Shown one piece after another: positions 44,928 through 55,600 of a stretch of DNA of 64,000 bases. The DNA is from an uncultured Clostridia bacterium (GTDB lineage Bacteria > Bacillota > Clostridia > TANB77 > CAG-508). Within the stretch, counting starts at the first letter, position 1; the number at the start of each line of letters is the position of its first letter. The translations under genes were made by a program, and so were the position numbers. The stretch lies in assembly GCA_963558405.1 (NCBI GenBank), contig CAUWGC010000001.1:1-64000 (forward strand), read 5' to 3'. Below the pieces are notes generated by a model that was not told the origin of the DNA, did not search any database, and was given only the letters and a program-made list of their open reading frames with translations.

Positions 44928-45152
44928 TATAATATATATACTCTACATAGAAAGGAGTTTTCTCGATGAAAGAAAACAAAGACAACAAAGGCATTAAGGA
45001 AAACACAAAAGTAAGCACCTCTAAAGAGAATATTAGGACCACAAACTACAGAAGGTATGTCAATGGTATTATATTTAGAGGAATGCGTAATTTGCCTGGG
45101 AACGACCGGTAGAAAACCAAAAGCGGTGGCTTAGTTGCCACCGTCTTTTTTT
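44905..45152 (+). other. Independent ~210-nt transcription unit: small ORF 44966-45112 and/or structured RNA
   Basis: TTGAAA-17-TATAAT, AAGGAG RBS, 48-codon ORF ending CGG TAG, terminator CGGTGGC/GCCACCG-TCTTTTT. Confidence 0.55.
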
Positions 45153-46015
45153 AAGATGAATTTTTTATTATTCAAATAATTTAGCATTTTTTTATCAGAC
45201 TTAAAATGAAATTGCAAAGAATAACTCACTAATTGTTGACTATTAAAAGAAAATTTTTTATTAATTTCATTTTTTCCATATTTTCCATCACCTAAAATAG
45301 GATATCCAATATGTGCAAGGTGTGCTCTAATTTGATGAGTTCTACCAGTTTCTAAAGTAACGTCTAAAACAGAAGTATTATTTTTAGTATCTTTTTTTAA
45401 TATTTTATATAAAGTAATAATTTTTTGATAACCCTTTTTTGGAGTATCAGAAATAATTACAGTAGATTTTTTACTGTCTTTAAATAAATATGCAATAAGT
45501 TTATCTTGTTCTTTTAAAGGAATACCATAAACAGTAGCAAGATAATGCTTTTCAATTTCGTGCATTTTAAAGCAATCTAATAAAATATCAAGTGATGGCT
45601 TATTTTTTGCATATAAAATCAAACCAGATGTATTTCTATCTAAACGGTGGCATGGCTCTGGAAAGGAAGAAGTGTTTTGATATTGTGATTTAATCCATGA
45701 TGTAAAAGAATTATCACCTTGTACTTCAATCCCGCTAGGCTTATTCAAAACTAATATATTATCATCTTCATAAATAGTTAAAGAAGAAAGAGTATATGGA
45801 AAATTTTTTTCAAAACAAGAATCTGGTAAATAAATAGAAACATCATCACCTTCTTGTAAGATTAAATTTTCATGAACTCTTTTACCGTTTATTTTAACAT
45901 CCTTTTTACGAAGAGCCTTTTGCAAATTAGAAAAAGAAAGCTCTGGAAAACGAGCAAGTATAACAGTATTTAATTTTTTTCCATTTTCATTAATATTTAC
46001 AACAAAATTTTTCAT
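45131..46015 (-). CDS. RluA/RluD family pseudouridine synthase
   Basis: S4 domain, HRLDRNTSG, TGRTHQIR. Confidence 0.95.
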   Translation of the reverse strand: MKNFVVNINENGKKLNTVILARFPELSFSNLQKALRKKDVKINGKRVHENLILQEGDDVSIYLPDSCFEKNFPYTLSSLTIYEDDNILVLNKPSGIEVQGDNSFTSWIKSQYQNTSSFPEPCHRLDRNTSGLILYAKNKPSLDILLDCFKMHEIEKHYLATVYGIPLKEQDKLIAYLFKDSKKSTVIISDTPKKGYQKIITLYKILKKDTKNNTSVLDVTLETGRTHQIRAHLAHIGYPILGDGKYGKNEINKKFSFNSQQLVSYSLQFHFKSDKKMLNYLNNKKFILKKDGGN

Positions 46016-46134
46016 GAGTATATTGTAACATATATTGTGTGAATTGAAAAGTAAGGATAGATAAATCTTTATTTTGACAAATCCACTTTTTTGATGTAAA
46101 ATCAGCTAGAAGTTTCATTTAAGGAGGAAATAAA

Positions 46135-46800
46135 ATGGATTCTTTAAAAATTGAATGTTTATATTCATTGGAGGAAACTATAGCAAAGGAATTGTTAGAA
46201 AGATATACGTATCCATGGGAAGTTTTACCTCATATTGGAGAATATATTTTAGAATTAGGTAATAAGCTTCCAAAGGACGAATATGAAAAAATTGGAGAGG
46301 ATGTGTGGGTTGCAAAGTCTGCTAAGGTTGCTCCAACTGCTTTTATTAATGGCCCTGCTATTATTTGTAAAGATGCAGAGGTTCGTCATTGTGCGTTTAT
46401 ACGTGGAAAAGCTATTGTTGGTGAGGGTGCAGTTGTAGGAAATTCTACAGAACTTAAGAATGTAATATTATTTAATAAAGTGCAAGTGCCACATTATAAT
46501 TATGTTGGTGATTCAATTTTAGGATATAAAGCACATATGGGGGCTGGAAGTATTACTTCTAATGTTAAATCTGATAAAAAATTGGTTACTATATCTGGTT
46601 TAGATAAAAAAATAGAAACCGGTTTAAAGAAAATGGGGGCAATGCTTGGAGATTGTGTAGAAGTTGGTTGTAATACGGTTATGAATCCAGGAACTGTTAT
46701 TGGTAAAAATACTAATATTTATCCTTTATCTATGGTTAGAGGATTTGTTAAAGAAAATAGTATTTATAAAAAACAAGGAGAAATAGTAGAAAAAGTATAA
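46135..46800 (+). CDS. GlmU C-terminal-like left-handed beta-helix acetyltransferase
   Basis: Hexapeptide repeats, HYNYVGDSILG. Confidence 0.85.
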   Translation: MDSLKIECLYSLEETIAKELLERYTYPWEVLPHIGEYILELGNKLPKDEYEKIGEDVWVAKSAKVAPTAFINGPAIICKDAEVRHCAFIRGKAIVGEGAVVGNSTELKNVILFNKVQVPHYNYVGDSILGYKAHMGAGSITSNVKSDKKLVTISGLDKKIETGLKKMGAMLGDCVEVGCNTVMNPGTVIGKNTNIYPLSMVRGFVKENSIYKKQGEIVEKV

Positions 46801-46844
46801 AATAAAAAAGGGGAGGTATGTAAGATACCTCCTTTTGCTTTAGA

Positions 46845-46976
46845 TTAGCAGCAAGATCTACCGCATCCTCCAAAACCGTTACCACAGCAACAGAATAAAA
46901 CTAATAAGATTATAATCCAAGTGCAGCAGTCTCCACCGAAACCGCATCCACAGTTACAACATCTATTTTCTTGCAT
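46845..46976 (-). CDS. 43-aa Cys/Gly-rich membrane peptide
   Basis: MQENRCCNCGCGFGGDCCTWIIILLVLFCCCGNGFGGCGRSCC, RBS AAGGGGG; not in ORF track. Confidence 0.85.
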   Translation of the reverse strand: MQENRCCNCGCGFGGDCCTWIIILLVLFCCCGNGFGGCGRSCC

Positions 46977-47027
46977 AATATTTCCCCCCTTTCTAAAAAC
47001 CAAAATTATTTTGTTTGTTGGGAAAGA

Positions 47028-47159
47028 TTAACAACCACATCCACATCCGTTGTTGTTGTTGTCACATCCACAAGCATTTCTGCCACATCCACAGCAGAAA
47101 AGAAGTAAAAATAGGATGATGAACCAAAGAATCTCACCGTTACCACAACAATTTCCCAT
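47028..47159 (-). CDS. 43-aa Cys/Gly-rich membrane peptide
   Basis: MGNCCGNGEILWFIILFLLLFCCGCGRNACGCDNNNNGCGCGC, RBS GGAGGT; not in ORF track. Confidence 0.85.
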   Translation of the reverse strand: MGNCCGNGEILWFIILFLLLFCCGCGRNACGCDNNNNGCGCGC

Positions 47160-47397
47160 AATAAATACCTCCCTCTAAAGAACTTTTTGTTTTTGTTTTG
47201 TTCTTTTGTATGGTATATCTTATTCTAAAATATAAAAAGTGTTACAGTTATGACAAAGAGTATTTTATAAAAATTAAATAACAAATTTATAAATTTATTA
47301 AAAATTAAAAAAACTCTATGCAAAATAGAAAGTTTAATGATATAATTTGCGTAAAAGAATGGATTATATGAGTAAAAATTAGGAGGAAAAGTATAAA

Positions 47398-49599
47398 ATG
47401 GGAAATGTAGTCCTTTTGGATGATTTGACAATAAATAAAATTGCAGCAGGAGAGGTAATTGAAAGACCTGCTTCTGTTATTAAAGAAATGGTGGAAAATT
47501 CTATTGATGCCGGTGCAACTAATATTTCTGTAGAAATTAAAAATGGTGGAATTTCATATATTAGAATTAATGACAATGGAAAAGGTATTATGCAAGAAGA
47601 CATGGAGCTTTGTTTTGAAAGACATGCTACAAGTAAAATAAGAAAAGCAGAAGATTTAGAAACTGTAAAATCTATGGGGTTTAGAGGAGAAGCTTTGGCA
47701 AGTATTGCTGCAATAGCACATGTAGAAATGATTTCTAAAACAAAAGATGCAGAAACAGGTTTTAAAATTGTTATAAAAGCTGGAAAAGTGCTAGAAAAAG
47801 AAGAAGTTGGATGCCCTGTTGGGACAAGTATTACTGTTACAAATTTATTTTTTAATACACCAGTTCGTTATAAATTTTTAAAAAAAGATTTTACAGAAGC
47901 GGGATATATAGAAGATGCTATTACAAGATTAGCGTTAGTAAATCCAAATATTGCAATAAAATTAATAAATACAGGTAAAACAGTAATTTCAACTAATGGT
48001 ACAGGAAATTTAAAAAATGTTATATATGCTATTTATGGAAAAGAAATTGCAGAAAAAGTATTGGATGTAGATTATGAATATGAAAACATAAGAATAAAAG
48101 GAGTAGTGGGTAAACCAGAAATTTCTAGGTCTAACCGTTCTAATCAGTTATTTTTTGTTAACAAAAGATACATAAAAGATAAAGGGTTAACAGCAGCCGC
48201 TGAACAGGCTTTTAAAGGTTTAATTACAATTGGAAAGTATGGTTTTTTAGTCCTTAATATAGATATGGACCCATCTAAAGTGGATGTAAATGTACATCCT
48301 GCTAAATTGGAAGTAAGGTTTGAAGAAGAATCAAAAGTTTTTAAAGCTGTTTATCATGCAATACATGATGTTTTATTAAAAGGAGATTTGGTAGCTACAC
48401 CAGAAAGAGATTATACAGCTGTATTAGAGAAAAAGGAAATACCAGAGGTAAATAAAGATATAAATAACCTTTTTGCAAAAGCAGATGTAGCAGATGAGGT
48501 AAAAGAAAAAACAAGTCCATTTAGCTTTTTAAAGAAAAAAGAAAGTTTTGATATAGAAGAAAAAAATAATCCAATTGCAGATATTTATCAAAATAAATAT
48601 TCTGCAATAGAGAAAAAAGAAGAAACAAATTTAAAACCAAACATGCAAACACATGAAGATATTATTAAACATATTGCTAAGTTACAACAAGAAATAGAAC
48701 AAAGTAAGCAAGATAAAGTAAATAGTGATATACCAGAAATAAAAGAAGAAACAAACAAGTCTGAAAATGACAATCCTGTAAATGAAGAACAAGATAAAAC
48801 ACAAAAAATTGAAATGTCAGAACTTATAAATAAATTAAAACAAGAAGAAGTAGCAGGACAAGCAAATCAAGGTTTTGATGAAATGTATTTACAAATATTT
48901 GGAAAGTTACCACCAAAAGAAGAAGAAAAAAAGGAAGAAGAACCAAGTGTAGTAGATACATTAAAAATGGATGATGGTAAAAATCTTAGTTTATTTGAAG
49001 AAAAAGAAGTATATCAGGCACCAAAATATAAGTTTATTGGAATTGCTTTTTCTACATATATAATTTTAGAAATGGATAAAGAATTATATATTTTAGATCA
49101 ACATGCAGCTCATGAGAGAATTTTATATGAGAAAATAAAAAGTAATTATTATAGTGATAATGGTGAAAAAGATTCACAACTTATGTTACTTCCAGATATT
49201 ATAAATCTTAGCCATAAAGAAATGGATATAGCAAAAGATAATATGGAAATGTTTGAAAAAGCAGGATTTATGCTAGAAGAGTTTGGTGAAAATACAATCA
49301 AGTTAACCGGAGTACCAAATGTATGTATTAATTTAGATACTAAAGAACTATTTTTAGAAACTTTAGACGAAATTAACACAGTAGCAAGAACTGCAAAACA
49401 AGAAATTGAAGAAAGATTTATTGCAACAGTTGCATGCAAAGCAGCGGTAAAAGCTAATATGGCACTTACAGAGGAAGAGGTTGACAGCTTAATGGTAGAG
49501 TTATTAAAACTTCCAAATCCATTTACTTGTCCACATGGAAGACCAACTGCTATAAAAATGTCAAAATATGATATCGAAAGAAAATTTTCAAGAAAGTAG
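47398..49599 (+). CDS. mutL: DNA mismatch repair endonuclease MutL
   Basis: IAAGEVIERP, GFRGEAL, DQHAAHER, CPHGRP. Confidence 0.98.
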   Translation: MGNVVLLDDLTINKIAAGEVIERPASVIKEMVENSIDAGATNISVEIKNGGISYIRINDNGKGIMQEDMELCFERHATSKIRKAEDLETVKSMGFRGEALASIAAIAHVEMISKTKDAETGFKIVIKAGKVLEKEEVGCPVGTSITVTNLFFNTPVRYKFLKKDFTEAGYIEDAITRLALVNPNIAIKLINTGKTVISTNGTGNLKNVIYAIYGKEIAEKVLDVDYEYENIRIKGVVGKPEISRSNRSNQLFFVNKRYIKDKGLTAAAEQAFKGLITIGKYGFLVLNIDMDPSKVDVNVHPAKLEVRFEEESKVFKAVYHAIHDVLLKGDLVATPERDYTAVLEKKEIPEVNKDINNLFAKADVADEVKEKTSPFSFLKKKESFDIEEKNNPIADIYQNKYSAIEKKEETNLKPNMQTHEDIIKHIAKLQQEIEQSKQDKVNSDIPEIKEETNKSENDNPVNEEQDKTQKIEMSELINKLKQEEVAGQANQGFDEMYLQIFGKLPPKEEEKKEEEPSVVDTLKMDDGKNLSLFEEKEVYQAPKYKFIGIAFSTYIILEMDKELYILDQHAAHERILYEKIKSNYYSDNGEKDSQLMLLPDIINLSHKEMDIAKDNMEMFEKAGFMLEEFGENTIKLTGVPNVCINLDTKELFLETLDEINTVARTAKQEIEERFIATVACKAAVKANMALTEEEVDSLMVELLKLPNPFTCPHGRPTAIKMSKYDIERKFSRK

Positions 49600-49609
49600 G
49601 GGAAAATAA

Positions 49610-50053
49610 ATGATTTTTTTCATTTTATTTATAATTGTTATTCATATAATATTAATTTTAGCTACTTATTATAACTTAAGTTCAATAGCTAAAAAAGAAA
49701 AAATAATGTTTATACTAATTGGAATAGGGATTATGTACTTTTTATCTACAATTTTGTTTGCAATTACAGATATAGGAATAGACTATGGAAATGAACAAGC
49801 AAAAGAGATGGTAAGTAATTTATTAACCTTTACTTTTGTACCAATTAATGGAATAATAGTATTGCCATATTTAGCATCAAATTACAACAAGTATAAAGCA
49901 AAAATAATAGATGCAGATAAATTTAAAAAAAGAATTATTACACTAGCTGTTATTTTTGTTATTTTCTTTATATTTGAATTTGTATATATGAAGGGAATTA
50001 AATTAAATATGTTAGAAATGGCAGAACAATTAAATAAAAATATGGGAAGTTGA
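49610..50053 (+). CDS. Hypothetical four-TM protein
   Basis: Hydrophobic 147 aa ORF within the operon. Confidence 0.75.
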   Translation: MIFFILFIIVIHIILILATYYNLSSIAKKEKIMFILIGIGIMYFLSTILFAITDIGIDYGNEQAKEMVSNLLTFTFVPINGIIVLPYLASNYNKYKAKIIDADKFKKRIITLAVIFVIFFIFEFVYMKGIKLNMLEMAEQLNKNMGS

Positions 50054-50057
50054 TAAA

Positions 50058-50972
50058 ATGCAAAAAGTAATAGTAATAGGAGGACCAACAGCCTCAGGAA
50101 AAACAGGACTTGGTATAGAACTTGCAAAAAGAATAAAAGGAGAAATTATTTCTGCAGATTCTATGCAAATATATAAAAAAATGGATATAGGAACAGCAAA
50201 GCCTACTATAGAGGAAATGCAAGGGATTAAACATCATTTAATAGATTTTGTTGAGCCAAATCAAAGGTATAGTGTAGCAGATTTTAAAAAAGATGCAATA
50301 AAAAAAATTGAAGAAATTTTACAAAATGGAAATGTACCTATTGTAGTAGGTGGAACTGGATTATATATTAATTCTCTTATATATGGTATTGATTATCCAG
50401 AAATAGAATTAGATGAAGAATACAGAGCTTTTTTAGAAAATTGTGTAAAAGAACAAGGATTAGATAATTTATATAAAAAAGCAGTAGAAATAGATCCAGA
50501 AGCAATGAAAAGTATTAGTCCAAATGATAAAAAAAGAATATTAAGAGTGTTAGAAATTTATCATCAAACAGGAAAAACAAAAACAATGCAAGAAATTGAA
50601 TCAAGAGCAGGAGGAATTCCATACGATTATCATGTTTTTTGTATTGATATGGATAGAGAAAAATTATATGACAGAATAAACCAAAGAGTAGATGAAATGA
50701 TAAAAAATGGATTAATAGATGAAGTTGAAAGTCTATTAAAAGAATACAAAGAATTCCCAACAGCTATGCAAGGTCTAGGATATAAAGAAGTTGTATGGTA
50801 TTTACAAAATAAAATTACAAAAGAAGAAATGATTGAAAAAATAAAAATGGAAACAAGAAGATATGCAAAAAGACAGCTTACATGGTTTAGAAAAAATAAG
50901 CAAACTATATGGCTAGATGGTCTAAAGTCAAAACAAGAAAATATCTCTATTATTTTGGAGGAAATAAAGTGA
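50058..50972 (+). CDS. miaA: tRNA dimethylallyltransferase
   Basis: GPTASGKT, DSMQIY, YAKRQLTWF. Confidence 0.98.
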   Translation: MQKVIVIGGPTASGKTGLGIELAKRIKGEIISADSMQIYKKMDIGTAKPTIEEMQGIKHHLIDFVEPNQRYSVADFKKDAIKKIEEILQNGNVPIVVGGTGLYINSLIYGIDYPEIELDEEYRAFLENCVKEQGLDNLYKKAVEIDPEAMKSISPNDKKRILRVLEIYHQTGKTKTMQEIESRAGGIPYDYHVFCIDMDREKLYDRINQRVDEMIKNGLIDEVESLLKEYKEFPTAMQGLGYKEVVWYLQNKITKEEMIEKIKMETRRYAKRQLTWFRKNKQTIWLDGLKSKQENISIILEEIK

Positions 50973-52285
50973 AAAAAAAGCAGGATAAAAATTTAGCTAA
51001 TGAAATTCAAGAAAAAGAACAAATTAATCAAAAATTAAATAATAAAAGAAAAATAAATCCAAAAAAAATAATAGTTTTTGGTTTATTTATAGTGCTTGTT
51101 TTAGCTATTCTTATTGTTATTGGAATTGCAATTATAAAATTAATAAAAAATCCTACAGATACTTTTGTAGTAGAAAATGGAACAATTTCGTTAGAAGAAA
51201 ATGTTACTGGATATATTTTAAGAGATGAAACTGTTGTAAAAGGGCAAAACTACAAAAATGGAATGGAAAAACTAAAAGCAGAGGGAGAAAAAGTTGCAAA
51301 AGGTGAATCTATTTTTAGATATTATACATCTGGTGAAGAAGATTTAAAAAAGAAAATAGCAGAGCTTGATGTTAAACTTCAAGAAGCTTTAGCTAATCAA
51401 AATGATTTATTACCAAATGATACAAAATCTATAGAAAAACAGATAGATTCTAAACTAGATGAATTATATCAAGTAAATGATATTCAAAAAATAAAAGAAT
51501 ATAAAAAGGATATAAATACATATATTACAAAAAAAGCAAAGATGGTAGGAGAATTAAGTCCATCAGGCTCATATATTAGAAGTTTAATAGATAAGAGAAA
51601 TCAATATGCTACACAACTAAATTCAGGTTCGGAATATATTAGTGCTCCACAAAGCGGAGTTGTTTCTTACCGTGTTGACGGATTAGAAGAAATATTATCT
51701 GTAAAAGATCAAGATTTTAGTTATTTAAGTGCTGAGACATTAGAAAATTTAGATTTAAAAACAGGACAAATAATATCAACAAGCGAAGAAGCGGGAAAGG
51801 TTATTAATAATTTTAGATGCTATATTGCTACAATTTTATGTTCAGATGCTGCAAAAGAAGCAAAAGTAGGAGATAATGTTACAATAAGATTAGCTTCTTC
51901 AAAAGAGGTAGAAGCGTCTATAGAATATATAACAGAAGAAGATGATTGTAGATTAATTGTATTTTCAATAGAAAGTCAAGTAGAAGAATTAATTAATTAT
52001 CGAAAAATATCGTTTGATGTAATATGGTGGAGATATACAGGACTAAAAGTGCCAAATTCTGCTATTATTTATGAAAATGATTTAGCATATGTAGTTAGAA
52101 ATAGAGTAGGATATTTAGACAAATTATTGGTAAAAGTAAAAAAACAAAATGATAAATATTCTCTTGTTACAAACTATGAACCAAAGGAATTAAAAGAGTT
52201 AGGAGTAAACTATAGTAGTACCAAAAAGATTTCTTTGTATGATGAAATTTTAATAAAACCAGATTTAAATAAAACATTTCAATAA
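50969..52285 (+). CDS. HlyD-like membrane fusion protein
   Basis: TM, EGEKVAKG, APQSGVVSY..DG; usual position before sepF in Clostridia. Confidence 0.75.
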   Translation: MKKKQDKNLANEIQEKEQINQKLNNKRKINPKKIIVFGLFIVLVLAILIVIGIAIIKLIKNPTDTFVVENGTISLEENVTGYILRDETVVKGQNYKNGMEKLKAEGEKVAKGESIFRYYTSGEEDLKKKIAELDVKLQEALANQNDLLPNDTKSIEKQIDSKLDELYQVNDIQKIKEYKKDINTYITKKAKMVGELSPSGSYIRSLIDKRNQYATQLNSGSEYISAPQSGVVSYRVDGLEEILSVKDQDFSYLSAETLENLDLKTGQIISTSEEAGKVINNFRCYIATILCSDAAKEAKVGDNVTIRLASSKEVEASIEYITEEDDCRLIVFSIESQVEELINYRKISFDVIWWRYTGLKVPNSAIIYENDLAYVVRNRVGYLDKLLVKVKKQNDKYSLVTNYEPKELKELGVNYSSTKKISLYDEILIKPDLNKTFQ

Positions 52286-52415
52286 ATGTTACAAAAATAT
52301 TACAAAGCTTTTAAGTTTTTATTACAATAGGCAAAACTATTGACAAAATTATAAAAAAGTTAGATACTATACAAAGAAAATACCAAGGAGAAGAAAATTA
52401 GGAGGTTTTTTAAAG

Positions 52416-52889
52416 ATGTCAGGAGCAATTATGAATAAAGTTTGGGATTTATTTGGAATGGACACAGCAGAAGAAAGAGAAGAAGAAAACGAGTTAGATT
52501 ATGATATAGATACAGAAGATGAAGAAGCTGGAGAAGAAAGAAAATTCTTTGGAAGAAAAAATAAAGTGGTAGCAATGCCACAAACACAACAAATTAAAAT
52601 GGTAATATCACAACCAACTACTTTTGAACAATCAGAAAGTATTTGTGACTTATTAAAAGAAAAAAAGGCAGTTATTGTAAATTTAGAATATGTAAATAAA
52701 GACATTGCAAGAAGAATTGTAGATGTTGTAAGTGGTGCTGTTCATGCACTTGATGGACATATCCAAAAAGTATCAAATTCTATATTTTTAATTGCACCTT
52801 CTACATATGATATTACAAACGAAATGGCAAGAGAAGAAATAAAAAATAAGCTTTCTGTATCTTGGTTAAGAAACAACAATAACCAATAG
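52416..52889 (+). CDS. sepF: Cell division protein SepF
   Basis: VIVNLE..ARRIVD.VSG...ALDG. Confidence 0.93.
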   Translation: MSGAIMNKVWDLFGMDTAEEREEENELDYDIDTEDEEAGEERKFFGRKNKVVAMPQTQQIKMVISQPTTFEQSESICDLLKEKKAVIVNLEYVNKDIARRIVDVVSGAVHALDGHIQKVSNSIFLIAPSTYDITNEMAREEIKNKLSVSWLRNNNNQ

Positions 52890-52911
52890 AAAGACTTAAG
52901 GGGGAAATTTA

Positions 52912-53364
52912 ATGCTTACACCATTAGACATAGAAAATAAAAAATTTTCAAAACAAATGATGAATGGATACAACGTAGACGAAGTAGATGATTTCTTAGA
53001 TGAATTAACTGTAGACTATGAAAAAATGTACAAAGAATCTACAGAACAAAAAACTAAAATTGATGCTCTAGAAAAAGACTTATTACATTATAAAACAATA
53101 GAAGATACTCTTCAAAATACATTATTAATGGCACAATCTACTGCTGAAGAAGTAAAAGAAGTTGCAAGACAACAAGCAGAACAAATTATAAAAGAAGCAG
53201 AAGGAAACGCCAGAAAATCAGTTGACGACTTAGGACAAGAAATATTAATGAAGAAAAAAGAATTAGAAGATATTCAAAAACAATTTGATATATACAAAGC
53301 AAAAATGGAATCTCTTTTAATATCTCAATTAGAATTATTAAAAGATATAAACAAAGAAAACTAG
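52912..53364 (+). CDS. divIVA: DivIVA domain protein
   Basis: LTPLDI..K.F..GY..DEVDDFLD, coiled coil. Confidence 0.93.
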   Translation: MLTPLDIENKKFSKQMMNGYNVDEVDDFLDELTVDYEKMYKESTEQKTKIDALEKDLLHYKTIEDTLQNTLLMAQSTAEEVKEVARQQAEQIIKEAEGNARKSVDDLGQEILMKKKELEDIQKQFDIYKAKMESLLISQLELLKDINKEN

Positions 53365-53428
53365 TTAAATTAAATAGCACTTTTATGTGCTATTTTTGTA
53401 ATATATGGAAATGTGAAATGTCGTTCTT

Positions 53429-54245
53429 ATTAATTTATAAAACGGTAGATAAAAATAAGACTTGGAAAAATGTGAAAAAAATTGAAAAAACACATGGAAT
53501 TTTGTGATAAAACCATTAAATAGTATCGAAATTTTGTGATTTTAGTTATATAAAATTAAGATTTAATGTATATAAAAAATAAAAGGGGAAAGATTGAAAA
53601 TGAAAAAAATTATAATTATTGTTATAATGCTTGTCTTAATTGGATGCTTTTTTGCATTTATGGATTATTTAAGGATTATCAAAGATAAAGAACCTATTTT
53701 TAGTATAAACGTTTATACAATAGGAGAAGCTGGGCAAAATGGAGACCACATGGGAAGTGATGTTTACTTAGGACTGGGGTATAAAATATATTCATATTCT
53801 AATTATCACCTAACAGGAATTCATTATAAAATGGTACCTATTTTTGCAACTTACAAAAATCCAAATACAACATTTCCTTTAATAGGGACTATTATAGGAG
53901 AAAAGGATGAATACTATGTTATAAAAATGTCAGACCATGTATATAAACTAAAAAAAATAGAAGGAAATAGATTTTCAATAGGAAAAAAAATAGTAGCAGT
54001 TTGTTTGGGAAACTCTTATAATGATTTAGATGATAAAGAGGTTATTGTTCCTTTAAGTATAGAGTATATGGATTAAACTTAAACTGTGGTTTCTTTTATA
54101 TACTATTGTGATATATAAAATGTTTTTTTGTTAATTTATAAAACAATAGAACAAATAAAACTTGGAAAAATGTGAAAAAAGTCGAGAAAACACATGGAAT
54201 TTTGTGATAAAAGTATATTGCTAACACTGGAATTTTGTGATAAAA
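53429..54245 (+). repeat. ~110-bp imperfect direct duplication (approx. 53429-53540 and 54130-54245), 700 bp apart
   Basis: Shared TAATTTATAAAAC..CTTGGAAAAATGTGAAAAAA..AAAACACATGGAATTTTGTGATAAAA. Confidence 0.9.
53594..54076 (+). CDS. Hypothetical membrane-anchored protein
   Basis: N-terminal TM, P.F..Y.GLGYK pattern. Confidence 0.7.
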   Translation: MKMKKIIIIVIMLVLIGCFFAFMDYLRIIKDKEPIFSINVYTIGEAGQNGDHMGSDVYLGLGYKIYSYSNYHLTGIHYKMVPIFATYKNPNTTFPLIGTIIGEKDEYYVIKMSDHVYKLKKIEGNRFSIGKKIVAVCLGNSYNDLDDKEVIVPLSIEYMD

Positions 54246-54265
54246 TGTGTTTAGAGGTGATATAA

Positions 54266-55600
54266 ATGAGCCGTTTAAAGAGAAAAATAGATAAGTATTT
54301 AATAGAATGGAAAAATAATCCAGAAAGAAAACCTTTAATAGTAAAAGGTGCAAGGCAAATAGGAAAAACGGATGCAATAAAAAATTTTGCAGAAAAAAAT
54401 TATGAAAATGTAGTTGAAATCAATTTTGCACTTGAAGTTAAATACAAGTCTATTTTTGATAATGGATTTGAAGTTGATACAATAATAAAAAACATTTCAT
54501 TATTAAATCCTGAATTTAAGTTTATTCCTAAAAAAACATTAATTTTTTTTGATGAATTACAGGACTGTATCAATTGTGCTACATCATTAAAATCTTTTAA
54601 TATAGATAAAAGATATGATGTAATATGTTCAGGCTCAATGATGGGCATAAATTATAACGAAATTGAATCAAATAGTGTAGGTAATAAAGAAGATTATGAA
54701 ATGCATTCAATGGACTTTGAAGAATTTTTATGGGCTAAAGGCTACAATGATGAACAAATTGAAGATTTATATAAATGTATGAAAGAACTAAAACCATTAA
54801 GCAGTATACAATATGATATTATGATGGATAATTTTAAAGAATACATGGTATTAGGAGGAATGCCAGAAATTGTAGCTAATTTTATAAAAAACAAGAATTA
54901 TAGTGGTATATTAAAACTACAAAAACAAATTTTATTAGATTATGAAGAAGATATTGTAAAATATGCAGAAGGATTAGACAAAGCTAAAATTTTAAATGTA
55001 TATAGAAAGATACCTGTATTTTTAGGAAATGAAAATAAAAAATTTCAAATTTCAAAAATTGAATCTGGAGCAAGAAATAGAGAATACATTGGGGTTGTGG
55101 ATTGGTTAAACAATGCTGGAATAATTAATGTATGTTATTGTATGGAACAACCAGAACTACCATTGAAAGGTAATTACAACCCAGATAATTATAGAATTTA
55201 TTTTAGAGATACCGGACTGTTAATTGGCTCTTTAGATGATGAAGCACAAGAGGATTTAAGAGCAAATAAAAACTTTAATACATATAAAGGTGCTATTTAT
55301 GAAAATATAATTGGAGATATGTTGGTAAAAGAAGGATATCAGTTATATTTTTATAAAAATGAAAAAGGAACAATAGAAATGGACTTTTTTGTAAGAGATA
55401 AAGATTCTCTTATACCAGTTGAAGTAAAAGCAAACGACAATGCTACTGTTTCGTTAAATAATTTAATTGATGGAGAAAACTATAGAGATATAAAATACGG
55501 AATAAAGCTATGTAACAAAAATATTGGATTTAATGGAAAATTTTATACCTTCCCATATTTTTTAACTTTTTTATTAAAAAGATATTTGAAAGAAAAATAA
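54266..55600 (+). CDS. AAA_14 ATPase with DUF4143
   Basis: GARQIGKT, FFDELQ, GGMPE, EMDF..PVEVKA. Confidence 0.9.
   Translation: MSRLKRKIDKYLIEWKNNPERKPLIVKGARQIGKTDAIKNFAEKNYENVVEINFALEVKYKSIFDNGFEVDTIIKNISLLNPEFKFIPKKTLIFFDELQDCINCATSLKSFNIDKRYDVICSGSMMGINYNEIESNSVGNKEDYEMHSMDFEEFLWAKGYNDEQIEDLYKCMKELKPLSSIQYDIMMDNFKEYMVLGGMPEIVANFIKNKNYSGILKLQKQILLDYEEDIVKYAEGLDKAKILNVYRKIPVFLGNENKKFQISKIESGARNREYIGVVDWLNNAGIINVCYCMEQPELPLKGNYNPDNYRIYFRDTGLLIGSLDDEAQEDLRANKNFNTYKGAIYENIIGDMLVKEGYQLYFYKNEKGTIEMDFFVRDKDSLIPVEVKANDNATVSLNNLIDGENYRDIKYGIKLCNKNIGFNGKFYTFPYFLTFLLKRYLKEK

Noticed and set aside
5709-54245. CRISPR interpretation of the 33-bp periodic repeats
   Set aside because: Only 2-3 degenerate copies, spacers too short, no cas genes
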